A stretch of 64,000 nt of DNA from Bugula neritina (Eukaryota > Animalia > Bryozoa), in the NCBI GenBank assembly GCA_964035545.1, contig OZ037766.1, positions 32,292,773-32,356,772 of the forward strand, written 5' to 3'. Shown piece after piece: positions 1 to 17,919 of this stretch. Each line of letters opens with the position of its first letter. Within the stretch, counting starts at the first letter, position 1. A program made the position numbers and the translations under genes. Below the pieces are notes generated by a model, which was not told where the DNA came from, searched no databases, and worked only from the letters and a program-made list of their open reading frames with translations.

Positions 1-1355
1 GCTTTAGTTCTCAGCCAGTGTGTGAAGTGCTCAGCCAGTGTGCGAAGCCTAACTCAATGTTATTTCAGTGAAGCTCAGATTTCAGCCTATATTTCAAAAA
101 CTTTAGTCATACCCAATGTTAAGTTTTCAAAAGGCTTAAATTATGTTTGATAGCAGTTTCCGTGTAATTTAACCTAGTTCACTATCTCCATAGGCAGTGT
201 CATGAGGGTATGCTAAGTGGCGGAGGACTTTCAAGTTATAGCCACCAGGCACTTTCCTTCCTTTACCTCTAAAGGGCAATTGTTTCAACTTCTGATGGAT
301 GTATAGTAGACACGAGTTCTTTTGCATTATCTTATGTGACCTCTGTATGACCTTTCAAATTACTTCTGATTAGTCATGTGACTGCTGATTGATAATGGAC
401 CTTGTGTAGTAATTTTCCATCATCAAACAACACTGATAACGTCAATTGCTAGTAGTTGGTTTCATATACACTAATAATCTGACATCTTTATCATTTGTTA
501 AGTGTGTATCATAACAAGGATGTTTGTACTTTCAAACAGATTATAATTGTGGTAATTCCTGCCCCTTCCCCAGCTGCATGAGATAACACTAATATTATGC
601 TAAGTTATAACTTGTTTAACCTTTCTTTATCACTGACAAATATTTTGTAGCCAGCTCCTATGTTCTGGTGGATTTAATTTGATCTCTCAACTTGATCTCT
701 AAGCTCTCAACTTTTGCTGATACTCATAGACTCTGTGGAGGTCACTTATTCGCCAATAGCTCTTGAGGGGTGAGTTTTAAATAAACCTGGTTTCTTATAT
801 TATTTTTAAAAATTGAAATTTGGCAACTTTAAATATATATAATGTCCTGAAGACTATTTAAAATGCACTCTAATAATTTTATTGTTAGTTATTTTCTCTC
901 TACACACTGCTTAGCCTAAGAGAGGCAATAGTAAGAGCTCTTGACGTACTCAACATCATTTGTTCAGGATTCCTGGGCTATAGTGGTCTTATTAATCTTC
1001 AGGCCTAGATATGACCTTTGAGCAAATTTTAAGAACCATAAAATAATGGCAGTTGTGCAGAAAACATACTAAATCTAAAAAATTTGTACACAGTTTAATT
1101 TTAATCTACAACACAAAAGTGTATCTCTCTTTATCTTTGAACTTTGAGCTAAGAAGCAATAGCTGCACAATGATGCAGAGTTTAACTAATTTCACACTTG
1201 ATTCATGCATCTGCAGTGACTTACAGAACACTCTGTTGGTTGAATTAAACTTTATATTCCAACATGGATTGTCATCGGGTTAGATTGCTTAGCACAGCTA
1301 TACTGTAATTTCATTGGTTTGTTTAGTAGTACGGCTATTCTGATTGGCCTATGAT

Positions 1356-4300
1356 ATGGCGCCGCCTGATGAGGAGGTAAATGGACTGGGAAACAGTTTG
1401 GTTGGTGTAAATTTTCACCCAGACGTGGAAGATGTTGGTGAAACGCAGACTCTGTTGCCAGGTTCTACGAGCAACAGTGAGGATGACGAATTAGATGTGC
1501 AAGTAGTGGATAGAAACAATGGAGTTTCGTAAGTTGTCTTTACTGCTACTACTGGTACTAGTACTACTATTACTATTACTACTACTATACCACTATTACT
1601 ATTACTACTACTATACTACTACTAGTACTAGTACTACTACTACGGCTACTTGTACTACTACTACTACTACTACTACTACGGCTACTACGGCTACTACTAC
1701 GGCTACTACTACTACTAATACTAATATTTTACCTGTCTTTATTTGTAGGAACTTTGGTACCATAATGCATATAATCAAAGGAAACCTTGGAACCGGAGTC
1801 CTAGCCATGCCTGTGGCGTTCTCAAATGCTGGCATTCTAGTGAGTAGTAGAGTGTCTGCTGGAGTTCAAGGTTGAATTAGATTGCTGGACTGTAAACTCT
1901 GTTGTTATATTTAATGAACTGAGTTCATACCAATGTTTCTATGTTTCAGTTTGGTACGGTGATGTTGGCTGTACTGGGAGTTATCTGTGTACACTGTATG
2001 CACATTCTAGTGAAATGTTCTCACTATCTCTGTAGAAAGTAAGTGTATACTAAGGCTAGTAGCTAATAGGTAATGTTTCACATCAGATCATCAAACCATT
2101 GCACCTAATCTATGTAACCTCACATTATTATTACTCCAGAGTTGTCTGCCCGCTGTATTCAGATCTACTAGTCATGGCTGCCGTTGCTCTGATATTGTAG
2201 GACAGGCAGGGATCACCTGGACTACGCTGACGTAGCCGAAAAGTCTGTCCACTTTCTTCCCTCTACCACTCCTAAGAAGGAAAAAGCTGCGAGGTGTTGT
2301 AGTACACTTGCACTTATAACTCTGCTATATGTCTGTCTGTCTGTCTGTCTGTGATATTTAGTTGTATCGTCATAGTTTTGAAAGAACTTACTAGATCATA
2401 ATATTCTAACTCTTTTTTAAGGGCTGTTTTTTATTTCTCAAAAAACTTTTGTTGAAAATAATAAGATTTCCAGCTCACTGAGTCAAGTAGAAATAAAGAT
2501 ACAAAACTTATTTTGCTGCCCTTTACTATGTGATGAATGTATTCCTGTATTGGAATGTTCACTCTTTGCTGTGTACGGTAATATTGATAATGGACTGTTA
2601 CTCTGTCTTGTAGGACAACCATCAATGTATTCCTCCTCATAACCCAGTATGGTTTCTGCTGTGTCTATGTTCTCTTCATTGCCAAGAATGTGATGCTGGT
2701 AACTTGTATACCGTATAGTCTTTATACTGTATAGTTTACTTGTATAGTAATTATACTGTATAGTCTATACTGTATAGTCTTTACACCATAAAGCCTTTTT
2801 ACCGTGTCGTCTTTATACTGATTAGATTACTAGTATAGTTTACCTGAACACCGCATAGTTTACCTGTATACCGTATAGTTTACCTGTATCATATACCTGT
2901 ATACCGCATTGCAGGTGGTAAAGAATTGCGTAACACATGTACCAGCTGTGTTCACTATACAGATGTACGAGATAATCCTCGTTCTCTTCCTCATTCCTCT
3001 CGTATTCATCAAGAACATCAAACATCTGGCACCCTTCTCTCTCGTCGCCAACGTCGCCTCGGTGGTTGGACTCGGGATTATTCTAGCTGACATACTGTTT
3101 GTGGAGAAATTCAATCATATCAGTCGTCTTCCCTTGATGGAAGACTGGAGCAAGATTCCCCTGTACTTTGGGACGGCTATATACGCCTTCGAAGGAATTG
3201 GAGTGGTGAGTTTAGTCACCTTGTTCTAGAACTTCCCTCGGCTGCTGATTGTTGAAAGGAAGGTTTTATATCCAGTAAACTGTGTACTTCATACTGATAT
3301 TTATATCAAGAGCTACTTTTGAAATAGAAAAAACTTTTCGGAATATTGTTATGTTGAAATGTTGAGAATTGAATGTGAAAATTTATTCTGCCGTCTGCTA
3401 AACTCTGCCATCACATTTTACTCCAGGTCCTTCCGGTGGAGAATAAAATGAGAGAGCCGCAAGCCTTCCCCTCCATGTTCGGAGTGCTCAACCTCGGGAT
3501 GACCATAGTCTGTGTTCTATACATCACAGTAGGGTTCTATGGCTATATCGAGTATGGTGAAAACTGTGGGGATAGCATAACTCTTAATCTGACGGGCTGG
3601 TTCGTATCTTTGTGTTTTGATAGTATTACTTACTCCCATTTTAGATGAGTGTTTTCAAAGTGGTTTAGTGGGGAGATGAAAAGTGTCCGAGTTTGTCATA
3701 AGTTTCGAAATGTTGTTACTCTCTGTTTTACTTTTTACTTTCCGGGGGGGGGGGGCTGTGGGTTACCCGAGTTCTCGGTTTAAGTGTAGTGGTTACAGTC
3801 ACAGTATAGTGGTCACAGTCACAGAGTAGTGGTTACGGTCACAGTGTAGTGGTTACAGTCACAGAGTAGTGGCTACGGTCACAGTGTAGGGGTTACAGTC
3901 ACAGAGTAGTGGTTACGGTCACAGTGTAGTGGTCACAGTCACAGAGTAGTGGCTACAGTCACAGTGTAGGGGTTACAGTCACAGAGTAGTGGCTACAGTC
4001 ACAGTACAAGTATGTAAGGCACCAGTTCTCAGGGCACCTTGTGTTTCTGTTGCAGGTACGGCACCTCCGTGCAGGTGCTCTTCAGTCTGTGTATATACGT
4101 GTCCTACGCCCTCCAGTTCTACGTCCCCATGACTATCATCGGACCAACACTAGCACAGAGCCGTATTGCCAGGCGTATCGGACCAAACGCATTTGACTAC
4201 TTGGTCCGAGTCGTACTCGTGTTGGTGACATGTAAGTTGTTTGTAGCACTGTAGGTTTAAACTGTTTGGTTGTTTATTTTAGCATATTAATTTAGTATCA

Positions 4301-4836
4301 GTAGTATACCATGTATATTAGTATATTATTTTAGTATTAGTAATAGTACTTATGCAATGTATATTGTAATAGAAATTTTATGCAACTTTCTGAAGCTTAT
4401 TTTCAAAGTAAACTATTAGTAAAACTTTTTTAAAATTTTTGTATCTTTTGAATCGCATAGAATAATAATTTATCTCTAAGCTAGTAGGTGGAGCAAAACA
4501 ATATTTCAAAACCATATGCAATCACATGATAACATTTGTTTTGATGCTCATAAAATTTTGTTTTTAGTTGGAATTGCTGCCGCTGTTAATGACTATCTGG
4601 ACCTTCTCATAGCTTTGATAGGATCTGTTGCGTCGGCAGCATTGGCTATCATATTCCCACCTCTTCTGGAGATGATTACTTTCTGGCCAGACAGAAAAGA
4701 GCGCAAATATTTTTGGATAATGTTTACCAAAGACATCATCATCATGCTGTTTGGTGTGCTGTGTTTTGTGTCTGGCACTGCGGTTGCCGTGATGCAACTA
4801 GTACAACGCTTCCAAGGTAAATTACCTAGCAACTAA
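1356..4836 (+). CDS. SLC36A: SLC36/PAT-family proton-coupled amino acid transporter, paralog 1 (9 coding exons, ~479 aa)
   Basis: Exons 1356-1528, 1749-1839, 1950-2038, 2201-2293, 2614-2698, 2915-3205, 3427-3599, 4056-4231, 4568-4836 are all GT-AG and sum to 1440 nt in frame. Family motifs: [78 protein letters not shown]. Confidence 0.93.
1541..1722. repeat. (ACT)n-type trinucleotide microsatellite in intron 1 of paralog 1
   Basis: Visible directly; it produces the poly-L/Y/T ORF. Confidence 0.95.
3784..4006. repeat. 20-bp minisatellite (GTGTAGTGGTTACAGTCACA), ~11 copies
   Basis: Visible directly; period 20. Confidence 0.95.
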
Positions 4837-5692
4837 TAAACTACTTATACTCCGTTACCTCCACCATACGTCTGCTGGGCGGAGCTCAATCAACGATGCT
4901 GGTAGCATTTTCCTGCTTTGCTGTCTTCCGGAAACAAAGTCATAGCTGAGTTGTGTTAGTGTAAAGCAGTTTTGTACATGATATTGTAGAACTCAGTATA
5001 CTCTTGTGTGATACACCAAGTTGGGTGGCTAGAGTCTGCAACTCTTCCATTTAATTCCTTTATACCATTATATAGGTCAAACATTACTATGCAATTATTA
5101 TTTCCACCATTATATGAGCTCTTATTTTCATAGCTTGCAGATCAGGAACAGACACCTACTAATTAATCTCGAATGATATTTCTGTATGTTTAGGTATTTG
5201 GTGTTACCCAAGTTTCGTAAGGTGTTGATTTTATTTAGATCATTGTCCTTCGCAATTAACCAAGTATAGATATGCTTAATTCTTATCAAATATTGTACTG
5301 TATTATATTTGTGCACAGTGAACCTCCCAGATATTTTTTGTATTTTTTTATGTAACTTTTTAACCTCTGCCTTCCAATAAGAAGTCACTGTATAACAGCT
5401 CACCCTATTATTATTAATCAATATAAATACATTGGATAACTCCAAGTTATATGTATAATATTATATTCACTCTCAATGCAAGCATGATAACATTATTATA
5501 TTTTAAAATAACCTTTTGCTAGTATTACTATGTTTTGAGAATTCTTTTTCAATAAACATTATACATAGCCAGAATTTCAGTGCCTATACATTTTGTTTAT
5601 TATAATTATAATAGTTTATAAAAAAACGTATACAAAACCCGTAAGATGTTAAAAAGTTTTACTTATACAATGAGTATTACAACAGCTAGATG

Positions 5693-5695
<3 letters not shown>

Positions 5696-5760
<65 letters not shown>

Positions 5761-5810
5761 TATATAATATATATATATATATACACGTATATAATATATA
5801 TATATATATA
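5696..5810. repeat. (TA)n microsatellite between the convergent paralogs 1 and 2
   Basis: Visible directly. Confidence 0.95.
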
Positions 5811-5983
5811 ATCAGCAACAGGATACATAAAGTACTAGAAGTACAATGTTACTCAGCAACACTACTCTTTGCATATATCACCTATACAACTAACTAGAGG
5901 AACATATGCTAGTTGCTATATATTCTTGAACATCTACAATCACACAGGTTTCCTGAGTACATTTCAGTGCAGGAAGTTCATCT

Positions 5984-8900
5984 TCAACTATCATCGGACA
6001 CGCCCAGTTTGTCAATCAGCTGCTGTACCGCTGTCACAGTGCCTATTAGGCAGCAAAGGATACCGAATACTGCTATGATTATGTCCTTTATAAGCATCAT
6101 CTTGAAGCCTGGTCTCTCGAACCTGTCCGGCCAGAAGGTGACAATCTCTATGATTGGAGGGAATATTATGGCAAGGCCGCATGATGCTGCAGACCCTATC
6201 AAGGATATTAACAGGTCCAAGTATTCTCCTACACCTGCTGCTACACCATCTGCAAGAAGTAGTTATTGCATAAGGTGATGCTTGACCTTTGACACCTCAG
6301 TTTGAACAAAGTAGCAGCTCTCAATATAATGTTATACCTACATAGTTTTACAGATCAGGTAAATAACATATGCAATTGAACATTCCTATCATATGGTTTT
6401 AAAAAATTTTTAGAATCGTACTGTTTCATTATTTATACAATCAACCACTATACTTACTGTGTTACTAATCTATTCTTATAACTTATTCTTATAAGACCTG
6501 AAGATATTATGCCAACATAGATTTATACTCACACGTGACTAGAACCAGGAAAACTCTGAAGGTATAGTCCAGTATATCTGGCCTTATAAACTGAGCTAGC
6601 CGACTTGAAGCCAGAGCTGGTCCAATGAACGTTAAAGGCACGTAGAATTGTAAAGCATACGTGATATAAATGCAGATGCTAAACAGTATCTGTACAGCAG
6701 TGCCATACCTACAACATAATTGGGAAGTTATCACTCCTTGTACATCATGACTACAAGCTCGAGCTTACGATATATTCTTAGTGATACAAGTTGCAAGTGT
6801 AACAAACTCAGTGTATGCAACTTGACCTATATTTGTAAGTGTAACAAACTCAGTGTATGCAACTTGACCTATATTTGTAAGTGTAACAAACTCAGTGTAT
6901 GCAACCTGACCTATATTTGTAAGTGTAACAAACTCAGTGTATGCAACCTGACCTATATTTGTAAATGGAAGATCCAGCCCTGAGCCAAACTATCAGAAAA
7001 TTAAGAAACTGATCAGATTTATTTATGAGTTGCTATTGTTTTGAGATTTTTAATATTAACTTTGTTTTTATGACCAAATTCTAATTTCAAAACTTTTGCA
7101 TTTAACAAACAAACGTGAGTTTCAGTGAGTACCATGAAGTCAAGTTGAGAGTTACGCTTCCTTGGCTGCTACTTCCAAACTCTATATAGCCATAGAATCC
7201 TACTGTAACATAGAGAACAGCGACTATAGTCATACCAAGGTCAAGTACACCACATGGTGAGTTGAACATCTGGGGGTATTTCATTTTGTTCTCAATAGGC
7301 AAGACCTACAATGACAAGAGTTATCTTCTCAGTGTTAGAATCCATGGAAATATTAATTTATATTTCCAGTCTTCGAATACATAATAGATAACATGGCTGT
7401 AATAAACATCATGTTATCTATTATGTTACTACTCAATTGTTAGTAATTGTTTGAAGGAAAGAGATTTATGAAAATGCTTGAAGCAGCACAAAGTTATCGG
7501 TCACTGAATGCATTGGTTGGGGTTTTGAAGTTTGGGTAGCATGCCTATACAAGCACTGCACTCGTGAGATCAAACTTTGTGCAGCATCTAGTCATTGCGA
7601 AGAATTAATTTTCTATATGGTAACATTTTCTTTTCTAGTGGTAGAAAATCCATGTAGATTTTCAGACTGCTAAATTTGACACCATAAGATTACTAGAAGT
7701 AATTTCCAGCAGTATAATCTAATTAACTCACCACTCCTATGCCTTCAAAAGCATAGATAGCTGTGCCAAAGTACAAGGGAATCTCTTGCCAGTCTTTTAT
7801 CAATGGAAGACGACTCACAGACCTAAGTTCTTTATATACTAGTATGTAGTACAGGACGAGGCTTAACCCACCCATAATGCCTATGTTGGCTACCACAGAC
7901 AGCGGAGCTAAACTTTTTATGTTTCTAATGAATACTAATGGAATGAGAAATAATACTACAATTAATTCGTAAATCGGCAAGCTCATTGGGTAATTTGGTA
8001 TGTAGTCTTCCGATGTGGGGTTATTGCCTACCAGCTTTTCCACAGCCTAGAATAAAATGCAGTGCAGTGGAGGTGTAAAAGCAATTATTTAAATTACAGG
8101 ATAACTAATTATTAAAAATAACTGTCAGCAAAGCAAAAATTCATGATTGCTTCAACTTTCAAACAGAACTAGCTTTACAACTGGCTTGTTGGATAGACAA
8201 TAAAGGCTGCAACACTCCTACTCAATCACTATGTAACAAGTTTCACACCAGCTTATTTATGTTAGTCTGGACATGAAAAAGCTTCTTGGGTTTGTACTCA
8301 GCTCTCCAACACATTCATTACCATTATTTTAGGTCAGAAACAATTTTGATAATTTCAGGTAAACTAGTTACAACTTATAGCTATGAATAGTTGTGTATAA
8401 CAAACAGACTTACTAGTTTCATATTTGTGCCGATGAAAAGCACGTAAACACAGCACACTCCCATCTGTGTTATTATCAAAAAGGCATTTATGGTGTGCCT
8501 ACAAAATAAAGTTACACAGTAATGGCAATAATAATAAATTATTGAAATAAACAATTGATGTGCTCAAATATATAATATTTCTTTATAATACACATCCATT
8601 CCATAGATTAAAGCAATAAATTTATATTCTACCTATATTCAGAAAATTGCATGTAGCAAAGCAATGGAAAGGTTGTTGTTGACTGAACAAAATAAGTTAA
8701 GATTTTAGAAAAAGAATTGTCCCAACTGGGAATCGAACCTGAGACCTCTGGCTTACAAGCAAGTGTGCTAACCATTACACCAAGGGGACCACAGGGTAAA
8801 CTCAACACTAAAGTTTTCTGTGGGACTTTTTCAAGATTTTAACTTGTGAAAAGATAACATAGGTAAAATAAAAAGGTAAGAATTATGAGTTTATACAACT

Positions 8901-10323
8901 CCCATTGAGCAGGAGTTATCGTACCTTGCTCCTTTTGACATTGTAGAAGTTGAAGACGGCAAGACACTTATGGAATTTTCTGCGACATCAGCATAATCCA
9001 TGTGACTCTTGTTAGCCCTGCAGTAGAAGTAGTTGCTTCAGGGCTGTACCAGGCACGCCCATCAAACAGAAGGAATTTAGTCTAGTGGGAAGAATTTATC
9101 ACAGCTCACATCTTATTAAAGGGCATCAGCCCAAGATGTGAACTTATAAGGGTTAGTCCAGTAGGCAAATGTACTCCATGCATTTATTCAACAGGTGAAT
9201 GATACTTCTATAATTTGAATTAGTTTCCCATAATTACATGTATTTTACACCTGGTTATTCATATTCAACTGTATATCACCAGATAATAATATACTGATAT
9301 GATTATAACCAATATCTAATTTATTCAAAGGTTCAATAAACTAAAGTGGAAAATTACGTACTCTTTTACACTATATACTACAACGTGCATATTATATATA
9401 TATACATATTATAAGAAACAGTGGTACTCTAGCATAGAAAACTGTACTTACTTCTTACAAAGATGGTGAGCACAGTTGACCAGCAAATGCATACAGTATA
9501 TACATAGTAATCCCAGAAATACTAACATCAGTGTACCAAACTGCAAATGTAAAAGTATAGTTGAATGTATTTCATTTGTAAATGAATAAATCACAAAAAC
9601 ATAGAAGAAGTAGTAAGTTTTTAATAGATTTTTGAATGACATAACTATAGATGATTAGTGGTGGGCTGGGGGAAGAATAAACAGGTGTGAAAGCTGCATG
9701 ATTACATGGCTGTTGGGTCAAAGTATAATAAATGATAAATACTTTTATTGACAGTGTATAATCCTCTACCAACTTCAGATTTTATACAAGAATATTACTG
9801 TGTAGAAATAAACTCACTAGAATTCCAGCGTGTGAGAACGCCACAGGCATGGCTAGGATCCCAGTTCCAAGGTTTCCTTTGATTATATGCATTACTGTAC
9901 CAAAGTTCCTGTAACACAGCCATGGAAAATTACTTCACTCAGGTTTTTGTAATTTTAGTCTTAGGTGGGACAAGTAAAACTGTGTACTTTGTGTTATAAA
10001 TAACTTTAATTAAAGCTTGAGATTGTTTATCTAAATAAGCTGCAAGTAATAAGTAAATAATATCTTTCACATCTTTTTAAATCTAAATTCTTACTAAATT
10101 TCTTTATTTTACAAAATACAGTCACATTTACACTTTCTAGTTGAGAGCAATGACAACTGAAGATCTATATGATCCATACTCACGACACACCATCTTCTCT
10201 GATGTCCTGGCTTTCATCAAATTCGTTGTCGACTGTATCAGCTAGCAGAGGGGCTGCCTCGGACAGCTTTTCTGTAGATGCTGACCTTAGCTGCATATCT
10301 GCCCCTTGTCTATTCAGTGTCAT
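5984..10323 (-). CDS. SLC36A: SLC36/PAT-family transporter, paralog 2 (9 coding exons, ~475 aa)
   Basis: Exons 10323-10184, 9908-9818, 9540-9452, 9017-8925, 8498-8414, 8046-7732, 7305-7133, 6708-6533, 6249-5984 (1428 nt). Internal exon sizes 91/89/93/85/173/176 match paralog 1. Motifs [30 protein letters not shown] probable non-coding upstream exon has a donor near 10572-10577. Confidence 0.92.
6795..6964. repeat. 42-bp tandem repeat x4 (AAGTGTAACAAACTCAGTGTATGCAACTTGACCTATATTTGT)
   Basis: Visible directly; lies in intron 7 of paralog 2. Confidence 0.95.
8718..8789 (-). pseudogene. tRNA-derived element (tRNA-Thr(TGT)-like pseudogene or SINE-type head) in intron 4 of SLC36 paralog 2
   Basis: The minus strand reads GTCCCCTTGGTGTAATGGTTAGCACACTTGCTTGTAAGCCAGAGGTCTCAGGTTCGATTCCCAGTTGGGACA, with an A box (TGGTGTAATGG), a B box (GGTTCGATTCC) and a CTTGTAA loop. 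The anticodon and acceptor stems are mispaired. Confidence 0.6.
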
Positions 10324-10895
10324 TATTCACAGCAGTGAAGACAGCAACTAAAACTATACAGGTTAGGGTAGTGGTTGTTTTAGTTAAGAATAGTCAGGGA
10401 GTTTCCTACCACTATATTTTATAGTATGATTCATACATTCTTCTCTTTGATCTTTCCTGCAAGTTCAAGGTCTTGAACGCAAAATACAAAATACAAAATA
10501 CAAAAAGCTACACACACAGACAAACAGACAGACACACACCACACAACACAACACACACACCAGAATCTAAAACTTACCTGTTGATTGAAGAACTAAACTA
10601 TAATTCCTGAGAGAATATTTGACTACCGACGGAACTACTGAAGGAATGACTAAAGATTTAGTTCAACTTTTTTTTGCTTGGCAGAGAAAGTCTTTAGCGA
10701 AAAGAACAAAGAGTTTTTTAGAACTGCATCTGTGTTTACATGACAATAGTTGGCTGTCAGTTAGCCCTTGTTTACTTACTAGAAGCTGATTTAGATCGGT
10801 ACTCACCGTAAACACAGTTGTTTATATAGTCAGACTTTGGGTTTATTTTCTATTTTCAAAAACATGATTGTTCACAAGGATAAAAAGAAAATATT

Positions 10896-15972
<5,077 letters not shown>

Positions 15973-16004
15973 CTTTACCTGTTAACACGGAGAATTATTC
16001 TGAT

Positions 16005-16037
16005 TGTGTGTGCGTGTATGTGTGTGTGAGTGCGTGC

Positions 16038-16085
<48 letters not shown>

Positions 16086-16258
16086 ATGTGTGTGTGAGTG
16101 CGTGCGTGTGCGTGTGTGTGTGCGTGTGCAGTGTGTCACATCAGAGTCATATGTCACATGACATGAATAGAGTGTCACATGGTGCGTATGTAGTGTCACA
16201 TGACATGAATAGAGTGTCACATGGTGTGTATGTAGTGTCACATGACATGAATATAGTA
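16005..16258. repeat. (GT)n-type microsatellite followed by a GTGTCACATG-based tandem repeat
   Basis: Visible directly. Confidence 0.9.
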
Positions 16259-16699
16259 TAACATGACATTACATGTAACCCAACAATGGGATTTAATATA
16301 TAAACTCTAAGCAATCTAGTTTTATAACTTAAACATGCAGCTGCTTTAGAAAGTCTATTGTATAGTAAAGTAGAAAAGGCCTTGAACCAACCTCTGGTAT
16401 CCTGTAGATTGAGACTTCTTTCTGACTTACTGGTTAGTTATCTTAGTCTGAGTACTAAATGTTAGACATGAGACTGGAGGCTATTTATTCACCCGTCTGC
16501 TCATCTTGCTGTAATCTGCCAGCTGTCAAGTATAGCCAACATGCACTCTACACTCTACACTCTACACTCTACACTCTACACTATAGAGTATAAATCACCG
16601 TCAGTGTGGAATAGACTTGACGTTTTATTCTATTTTCGCTTCAGTAAGTCTGAGTTATGTTGTCAGTTAATTATCTGGTAGTCCAATAGGGATGAATGA

Positions 16700-16889
16700 C
16701 TTTTGTTACAAGTTCAGCCAATGTGTCCTCTACCCCACCCACTGCCCTTGTTACAAGTTCAGCCAGTGTGTCCTCTACCCCACCCACTGCCTTTGTTACA
16801 AGTTCAGCCAGTGTGTCCTCTACCCCACCCACTGCCCTTGTTACAAGTTCAGCCAGTGTGTCCTCTACCCCACTCACTGCCTTTGTTAC
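16700..16889. repeat. 48-bp tandem repeat x4
   Basis: TTGTTACAAGTTCAGCCAGTGTGTCCTCTACCCCACCCACTGCC-type unit, repeated. Confidence 0.95.
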
Positions 16890-17919
16890 TAAGGAAAATT
16901 CTATGACAACCATTCACAATTGTATACAAGCTTTATTACCCTTCATGTTAGAGTTATGGATAACTATGCCTACTGCAGGTATTTTAGTACTCCCAGATCT
17001 ATATTCTAAACAATTCAGGTATATCTTAGACTAATGCGACATGGACAGACTTTATCTGTAGCCTTTGGTCCTGACATTGTATCAGCTACATGGCTAATAC
17101 CTGTTAAAGCTGCTACACTAAATCAGCAGATTACCAAGCATTTCAACACACAAACACTCAGCTGAATGCTACACTCTAAGTTTTAGGTTAATATAAATTT
17201 GTTCCATGAAAAGATAACTTCAAAGCTAATTAGCAATTATTAGAATTTACTGACCTACTTATTTACTCACTTACTTACTTACTACTTACTTACTAACTTA
17301 CTTACTTATTCACCTACTTGTGGTCATTCAACAGATTATGGTGCAGTAAGGTGTGAATCAAGCTCAGCCTACCTACTGTAACATGTGTTTATATTAGTGC
17401 ACGGTAACTTTATTGTAGGTACTCTGCAGTTCTGTAAAATAACAATTTGAACTGATATAAATGTAGTAGAATTAGAAATATTAGTGAAAATTATCAGTTT
17501 AGGTTTAAGACATGAGACTTATGTAGAATATTGTATGGTTGGGTAAACTCTAATATCTTTTTAGATATGTAGAAAGCAAATGTATAACTAAAAGCTTTAA
17601 AAACTATAATTGGTATAATGACAGTTGAAGCTTGTATTTGAAAACATCTGTTTTTATTTGTGTGGGCTATTTCTATTATATCTACTCATCAACCTACCAT
17701 TTGGCAGGAAATAAAACACTAAATGAATATAAATAAATAAACAACATTATATAACACTAAAGATTGTTAACTATGCATAATAAAAGTATAAATAAAGAAT
17801 AAAGTATACAATATTGTTATAAAAATATGGCTTGTATCGCATGGCATAGCAGATTAAGCATGTATTAATAATAAAAATATTTATAAATATATTTTATATA
17901 TTATAATATATATGATAAA

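Noticed and set aside
4564-6278. Antisense ORFs over the last exons of paralogs 1 and 2
   Set aside because: Shadow ORFs of hydrophobic coding sequence on the opposite strand.
8718-8789. Functional tRNA-Thr gene
   Set aside because: The anticodon and acceptor stems do not pair properly and a deleted sister copy exists, so it is treated as a tRNA-derived repeat.
16671-17034. Mucin-like and repeat ORFs between paralogs 3 and 4
   Set aside because: Products of a 48-bp x4 tandem repeat with no splice or homology support.
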